64,000 bases of DNA. Origin: the human T2T-CHM13v2.0 reference genome, Homo sapiens. This document shows positions 54,965 to 64,000 of this stretch, piece after piece. Under the pieces are notes generated by a model. It saw only the letters and a program-made list of their open reading frames with translations, did not search any database and was not told where the DNA came from. The stretch is taken from assembly GCF_009914755.1 (NCBI RefSeq), contig NC_060943.1; one strand, written 5' to 3'. The number at the start of each line of letters is the position of its first letter. Positions within the stretch are counted from its first letter, which is position 1. Position numbers and translations under genes: made by a program.

Positions 54965-55992
54965 GACGCGTGCGAGAACGCGGTGCACTCACCCACCGGC
55001 CTAGGGCTCCGGGCACTCTGCGGAAACTCGACCAATTAGAGCCCGACTCTGGTCTGACGAGCATCCCGTCCGACCAATCAGTGTGTCTTGAGCCGGCAAA
55101 TCACCAGGGACGAGGAGGCCGCTCGCGTTGCATGCCGGAAATTGTAGTTCAGATACGCTGGTTCGGATCGATCAAAGTGAAGATTGTGTCTGGGAGGCCT
55201 GCGTGGCCGACCTCTCTTAAGGCTTAGTTTTCTCTTTCCTACACTTATCTCAAAGGTTTGCAGCGAAAGCATTTATTCCCACCTAAGGGACATTTCTGAG
55301 AGTAGAATTCCCTCCCCCCATCAAGAACATTCAATGGCTCCCACTTAGTAGACGAAGTACTTAGTACTCCTAAGTACTAAGTAGGCTAAGTACTCAGACT
55401 GAATTCAGACCCTTCTGCCTGACTTAAATCTGCTGCTAGCACTATTGTGCACCCTATAGTACAACTTGCACCCACCATGCTGTCTCATACCTCCAGGCCT
55501 TTGTAAATATCCTACATCTTGCAATGCCTTCAAGAATGCCTCAATCTTAAAATAAAAACAAAACAAAAGCAAAAAAGAATGCCTCAATCTTTTTCACCTG
55601 GCAAGTGCCTTATTCATCTCTATCAGCTAGGACTCTGGCTGTGCTCCACAAAATATCAACTAACATGGGTTCAAGCAAAAAAGGAAAATTTTTGGCTCAT
55701 GTGACAGAAAATACTAGCCATAGTGTCAGCTTCAGGCGTGGCTGGATCAAGGACCAAATGTCAGCTTCAGGGATCTGATGTTCTTTATTTCACCGCTAGG
55801 AGGAAAGGGCTTCTGGTGTTTGTGCCCCGGTTTTGCCATTTGTCTTTCTGTGGATGAGTGTGTCTGCCTGACTGTAGACATATATTGGGTATGACTGAGT
55901 GTCTGAGCATCTTTATGGGGGTGGGTTCCTGTGTGTGGGGCCTGAGTAATTACCTTTTCGTTTTTACATTTTATTATGTATTTGTGTATTAA

Positions 55993-61777
<5,785 letters not shown>

Positions 61778-62104
61778 CTAGGGCTTGCCCCTGAGCCCAT
61801 GACCCACAGCGCCGGGAGCAGCCCTGGCCATTGGCCCTGGAGTGGAAAGAGCCGGGGCCCTCACCCCTGGAGTGGGACCATTCTAGGTGCACGCTCACTC
61901 TATGCTGTCCCCAGAACCCCCCGCGGGCTAAGCACCCTCTGCTTGTGCGCGTCCCCTGCAGGGCTCCTCCCGCCTTGCCTCCCCAACCCTCCACCTGGCA
62001 GCCCTCCCGGACACCCCACGGGCTCTTGAGTCCTCGTCTCAGGGCTTCTGGAGGGGGCACCCCAAGCCAAGACTAGGCAAGAATGAGGCGAGTCACAGTC
62101 AGTC

Positions 62105-62133
62105 TGGTCCACGGACGCCACGCGCGTTTTATT
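62105..62133 (-). terminator. MEF2B polyadenylation signal
   Basis: AATAAA on the minus strand at 62133-62128; CA at ~62105. Confidence 0.85.
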
Positions 62134-62229
62134 TGTGGATATACACACAAATAGGAAGAAGGAAAGGAGCCCCCCAGGGTGGATTGAGTCCAGCCGCCCA
62201 CCTCCAAGCCCCCACCGCGGAGGGGGGCG

Positions 62230-62558
62230 TCACTGTTGGGTCTTCTCTGAAGAGGCCTGGAGGGAGGTGGGGTCCCCACGTGCCCTCGCCGTACCTGGCG
62301 AGCGCTCTGGGCTGGTGCCACCGGGTGATCTCCTACCGGGGCCAGCCGTCGGCCAAGGGCAGCCGGCGCAGGGCGGGCCCAGGCCGCAGAGGCTCTGCCA
62401 GGGACCGGGCGAGGAGCAAGGGATAGGGGAAGGTCTTAGGAAAGTCGCCGGGGCCCCCGGGGGCCGGAGAGAGGCGCTCAGACTTGATGCTGACTGGGGG
62501 GGTCGGCGGGGAGGCGCCGCGGGTTGGGGGACCCTCCTCGCCCAGGCTTCGGCCCCCA
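62230..62558 (-). CDS. MEF2B: MEF2B terminal exon, alternative frame B (cassette exon skipped)
   Basis: Joining 63091 to 62558 gives VGAEAWARRVPQ...ASSEKTQQ, TGA; matches the MEF2B isoform-B C-terminus as I recall it. Confidence 0.85.
62333..62558 (-). CDS. MEF2B: MEF2B terminal exon, frame A
   Basis: ctgcag|TGGG; GGRSLGEEGPPT...IKSERLSP...DGWPR, TAG. Confidence 0.93.
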
Positions 62559-63719
62559 CTGCAGGGGGAAAGAGAGAGGGAGGCCGTGAGCTCAGCGAGG
62601 AAGGGAAGGAAGCCAGGGGATGGCACAGCGTGGGCAAAGGCTTGGCAGGAGGACCCTGGGAAAGGAGGGGGTGGCGGTCCCTCTTGGGGCCTCAAAATAG
62701 CTGCCCATCCGTACCGGAAGTGTGCGCAGTACCAGGGATGGCCACCAGGGGTCAGCAGCGGCCGGGGCTTTGGAGGACTGGGACTTGCCGTCGTCTCAGG
62801 GCACTTACCTGGGCTGGGAGGACACGGCGGGGGGCCCATCACCCCTCGAGGGCTGCCAGGGGGCCAGGGTGGGGGGCTGCAACAAGCCAGGGGGCGGTGG
62901 AGGGTCTCCCAGGCCATATTCTGGTGGGCAGGAATTGGGGGCTGAGGCCTGGACATCTCCTTAAGCCTTCTGCAAACCTAACCACCCCCAGTGACAGTTT
63001 TGAGTTCTGGTGGGTGGGAGGGTGTGGAACCCCCAGAGGGCAGGAGTGCGGACGCTTCCCAGGTGGGGCAGGGCAGGTTAGGGGATGTACCTGGGGGGCC
63101 TCCGGGGAGGAAGGGGAAGCTCCCCAGTGGGGGTCCGGGAGTTGCAGTGGAGCAGGGGTTCTGCAGGCCACTGTAGAGGCTTCTCTGTGCGGAGAGAGGG
63201 TGAAGGGGAAACTGAGGCCCACACCCAGGTCGCCCTGCCTGCCCTCATCAGCCCTGCCACACCCTCCCCTCACTCACGGAGGTGTTTAGTCCCCCTCGGG
63301 GCCCAGCCAGGCCACCAGGCAGGTCTGACCTCCGCCCTTCCGTCGGCAGGTACAGTGGGGGTGGTGTCTTGCTGGTGAGGTGGCTTGGTGAGAAGAGAGG
63401 GTGCACCAGGCCTGGGGAAGAGGAGACCCCAGAGAGAGAGGACAGGCAGGCCATGTCAACTAATGAAGTCTGAGGTTTAGAGGTGATGCACGCAGCCTGG
63501 CAATGCCAGAGCCAAGATGCACCCAAACAGCCCCTCAGGACCTCACCCCTGCCCCACTGTCCCATGCTCACCTGGGGGCCCGGCTTTGGGGGCTGCTGGT
63601 CGGAAGGGAGATGGGCGGCTCTGGGCGGGCAGTGCTTCCCCAAGCCCACTGGGGTCACAGCCTGGTGGCGGTAAGGCCCCGTATACCACATCTGGGCTGG
63701 GCATAGCAGGAGCTGCAGG
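62333..63719 (-). CDS. MEF2B: Myocyte enhancer factor 2B, 3' part of the CDS (exon-included isoform); MADS/MEF2 exons lie beyond the window
   Basis: complement join(63572-63719,63278-63411,63091-63184,62809-62920,62333-62558) in frame: PAAPAMPSPDVVYG...RSLYSGLQNPC...EYGLGDPPPPPG...VSIKSERLSP...LPLADGWPR*; contains the MEF2-family IKxExxSP motif. Confidence 0.95.
62809..62920 (-). CDS. MEF2B: MEF2B penultimate cassette exon (112 nt)
   Basis: caccag|AATAT; YGLGDPPPPPGLLQPP...SSQP; AG|gtaagt. Confidence 0.9.
63091..63184 (-). CDS. MEF2B: MEF2B exon (94 nt)
   Basis: cacag|AGA; RSLYSGLQNPCSTATPGPPLGSFPFLPGGPP; G|gtacat. Confidence 0.92.
63278..63411 (-). CDS. MEF2B: MEF2B exon (134 nt)
   Basis: ccccag|GCCTG; LVHPLFSPSHLTSKT...GGLNTS; TCC|gtgagt. 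Confidence 0.93.
63572..63719 (-). CDS. MEF2B: MEF2B exon (148 nt)
   Basis: cacag|CCT; PAAPAMPSPDVVYG...KAGPP; G|gtgagc. Confidence 0.93.
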
Positions 63720-64000
63720 CTGTGGGTAGAGAAGGGATGGGTCAGAGGACCCCAGGCCAGATGGGGGTGCCAAGTCCAAGGGAGAAAATCCTGATGAGTT
63801 CAGGGGCCCAGCTCTACCTTCAGGAAGCCTTTGCTCCACCTCCCACCAGGCTCCCTACCTGCTCCTCCCCCTGCCCTAACCCTACAGGCTGGGGGAGCTT
63901 CTGTCTGGCTCTGCCTGTCCTTGACAGGTAGGTCCAGAGCCAAGACCTCTCACTTAGTGTAGAGTTGGCACTGAGGGGGCTGCACAGAGTGTTTGATGAA

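Noticed and set aside
62333-62956. 207-aa ORF crossing the last MEF2B intron into frame A
   Set aside because: Reads the cassette exon in the wrong frame, and there is no promoter evidence; chance openness in GC-rich sequence
62135-63289. 384-aa + strand ORF antisense to MEF2B
   Set aside because: GTG start, low-complexity G/R/P composition and no recognisable domain; an expected shadow ORF in very GC-rich DNA

Overview
Human genomic DNA, GC-rich and very Alu-dense. The proteins identify it as chr19p13.11. Three genes were reconstructed by hand from splice sites and reading frame. (1) SLC25A42 (+), the mitochondrial CoA carrier: 7 coding exons, 11956-26692, 957 nt = 318 aa; its non-coding first exon is upstream of the window. 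(2) TMEM161A (-), complete: 12 exons, 54964-36469, 1440 nt = 479 aa, with a CpG-island promoter. (3) The last five exons of MEF2B (-), whose terminal exon is read in two frames. Most other ORFs in the track are Alu-derived or GC-rich shadow ORFs. I see no new gene system. The best leads are a concentration of non-canonical splicing and some structural and regulatory features. Splicing: a U12 minor intron and a shifted-register GTTAAGT donor in TMEM161A, a GC-AG intron and a frame-shifting 26-nt microexon in SLC25A42, and a competing donor upstream of the ATG-only first exon of TMEM161A. Structure and regulation: a +/-/+ Alu cassette that may mark a ~722-bp structural variant, a perfect MEF2/TATA site with E-boxes in TMEM161A intron 1, and several small hairpins and duplications. 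Repeat boundaries and subfamilies were called by eye and are approximate.
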